Part shown: positions 24,140 through 25,495 of the stretch, piece by piece
Layout of the letters: every line of letters begins with the position of its first letter
How positions within the stretch are numbered: the first letter of the stretch is position 1
Source: a virus
Lineage: Duplodnaviria > Caudoviricetes
Strand: one strand, 5' to 3'
Length of the DNA: 25,495 bases
IMG/VR virus record: IMGVR_UViG_3300037420_001448
Location: 1-25,495 of that record
Notes under the pieces: generated by a model
What the model was told of the DNA's origin: nothing
Seen by the model: the letters and a program-made list of their open reading frames with translations, nothing else
Databases searched by the model: none
Made by a program: the position numbers and the translations under genes

Positions 24140-25074
24140 CCCGCAACCGTTCGCTCGTCCGCGTCTCGCAGCAGCTCTTCAATCAACCCGCGTTCGTCAC
24201 GGAGAAATGGGCGTCCGTGCTCCTGTCCGCCGTCCGGAGCGAGCTCAACATCGACCTCATCACGCGAACGGACGGATCGACGCTCGATCGCGTCGGCATG
24301 GACCGGCTGGCAAGGGACGCCCGCGAAGCCGTGGATATTCGCGACGACCGCCGCGCGCAATATCGCGTCTACGAGGTCAACGACGGTGTCGCTGTGATTC
24401 CGATCGAGGGCACTCTGACGCGCACGTGGGGACTCGATCCGTACAGCGGTTTCACCGGCTATGACGGCATCAAGACGAAGCTCGTCGCCGCGATGGAAGA
24501 CGAGGACGTCAAGGCCATCATGCTCGATATCGATAGCCCTGGCGGCGCAGTCAGCGGTTGCTTCGACCTGGTCGACCTCATCTACGCGCTGCGCGAGGAC
24601 AACGTGAAGCCCATCGGGGCGATCGCGAACGAAATGGCGTGCTCGGCGGCCTACGCGATCTTTTCGGCCGCGACGCCCGGCTATCGGTTCGTGCCGCGCA
24701 CCGGCGAGGTTGGATCGATCGGTGTGCTCATGATGCACACGGACGTACAGAAGGCGCTCGCGCTGGATGGAATCGGCGTGACGATATTCCGCGCCGGCAA
24801 GTGGAAGGCTGAAGGGAATCCGTACGAAAACCTGAAGGAACCGACCATCGAGCGGATCCAGCAAACGCTCGACGAAATGCGGGATCTCTTCATCGATACG
24901 GTGGCACGTAATTTGACGTCACGTGGCGGCGACGTGGACGCGATGAAAAAAACTGTTCGCGAAACGGAAGGCTTGACGTATATCGGGCGTCACGCACGGG
25001 ACATAGGGCTGGTCGACGAGGTCGGGTCCGAGGATCAACTTTGGGCACGGCTGCAGGAGCTGCCGACACGGTAA
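24136..25074 (+). CDS. S49 family prohead protease (lambda gpC-like)
   Basis: VAVIPIEGTL, LDIDSPGGAVSG, MACSAAYAI, VGSIGV, GKWKAEGNPY, GLVDEV. Confidence 0.92.
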   Translation: MTRNRSLVRVSQQLFNQPAFVTEKWASVLLSAVRSELNIDLITRTDGSTLDRVGMDRLARDAREAVDIRDDRRAQYRVYEVNDGVAVIPIEGTLTRTWGLDPYSGFTGYDGIKTKLVAAMEDEDVKAIMLDIDSPGGAVSGCFDLVDLIYALREDNVKPIGAIANEMACSAAYAIFSAATPGYRFVPRTGEVGSIGVLMMHTDVQKALALDGIGVTIFRAGKWKAEGNPYENLKEPTIERIQQTLDEMRDLFIDTVARNLTSRGGDVDAMKKTVRETEGLTYIGRHARDIGLVDEVGSEDQLWARLQELPTR

Positions 25075-25084
25075 CGTGACGTCT

Positions 25085-25104
25085 CCTCCTGCCGAAACAG
25101 GAGG
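25085..25104 (+). promoter_or_regulatory. Hairpin occluding the Shine-Dalgarno of the scaffold gene
   Basis: CCTCCTG-CCGAAA-CAGGAGG perfect 7-bp stem, 4 nt before ATG25109. Confidence 0.65.
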
Positions 25105-25108
25105 TTCT

Positions 25109-25495
25109 ATGTCGCGGAAGGCTGCTGGTTTCCTTTCAAGCTCGATGCCGACCGTCGCTCGCCTGCTTGGCTTGAGCGCGGAGGCGAACGCCGACGACCC
25201 GCGCGACCCGGGCGACGAAGATCCTGAAACCCCGGAAGATCCTCAGGATCCGGAAGATCCACAGGACCCGCCGGCCGACCCGCCCGCGGACCCCGTTGAT
25301 CCCGATGACGCTGGCGGCGCTGACGCGTCGGCAACGCTCGCCGAGCTTCCGACTGACGCACGCAATCAGCTCGCAGCTGCATTCGAACGCGACGCTTCGG
25401 CGCTCGTCGCCGCGGAACGCGAGCGCTGCATTGCGGTCTTCACGTCCGACGCCGGCAAGCGCAATCCGAACGGCTGCGCCTCGCTTCTCCGCGAC
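25109..25495 (+). CDS. Probable capsid scaffolding protein (Nu3-like), truncated at window end
   Basis: Not in the ORF track; open to the window end: MSRKAAGFLSSSMPTVARLLGLSAEANADDPRDPGDEDPETPEDPQDPEDPQD...AAERERCIAVF; strong SD; acidic Pro-rich linker then AERER helix. Confidence 0.75.
   Translation, partial: MSRKAAGFLSSSMPTVARLLGLSAEANADDPRDPGDEDPETPEDPQDPEDPQDPPADPPADPVDPDDAGGADASATLAELPTDARNQLAAAFERDASALVAAERERCIAVFTSDAGKRNPNGCASLLRD
25232..25267 (+). repeat. 18-bp tandem repeat encoding PEDPQD x2
   Basis: CCGGAAGATCCTCAGGAT / CCGGAAGATCCACAGGAC. Confidence 0.8.

Noticed and set aside
1-25495. CRISPR array, DGR/retron, IS element, intron
   Set aside because: No regularly spaced repeat-spacer units, reverse transcriptase, transposase or interrupted gene was seen.

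Overview
A ~25.5 kb stretch of a temperate, lambda-like tailed phage genome; the high GC and protein families suggest an alphaproteobacterial (probably sphingomonad) host, which is inference. Phage genes lie on both sides of an intact attP (3' half of tRNA-Val(CAC) plus arm-type repeats), so this looks like the free/circular form rather than an integrated prophage. Order: lysis cassette (holin-like, TIGR02594 hydrolase, lipoprotein); small leftward accessory genes (incl. Lar-like); attP; tyrosine integrase; leftward early operon (Gp88-like, J-domain, putative 2OG-Fe(II) oxygenase, HU, Bet, Gp37/Gp68); divergent control region with no cI; Cro-like, GapR-like, RuvC-like, MT-A70 MTase, DnaB, initiator with iterons, Dam-like MTase; TerS, GpA-type TerL, gpW, portal, S49 protease and a separate scaffold gene (truncated). 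The most striking unexplained signal is a dispersed tandem motif ACGT(N0-1)ACGT: 15 copies found by eye, often paired exactly 21 bp apart, concentrated at the control region, attP and gene junctions. All calls are from motif recognition by eye; no database searches were run.
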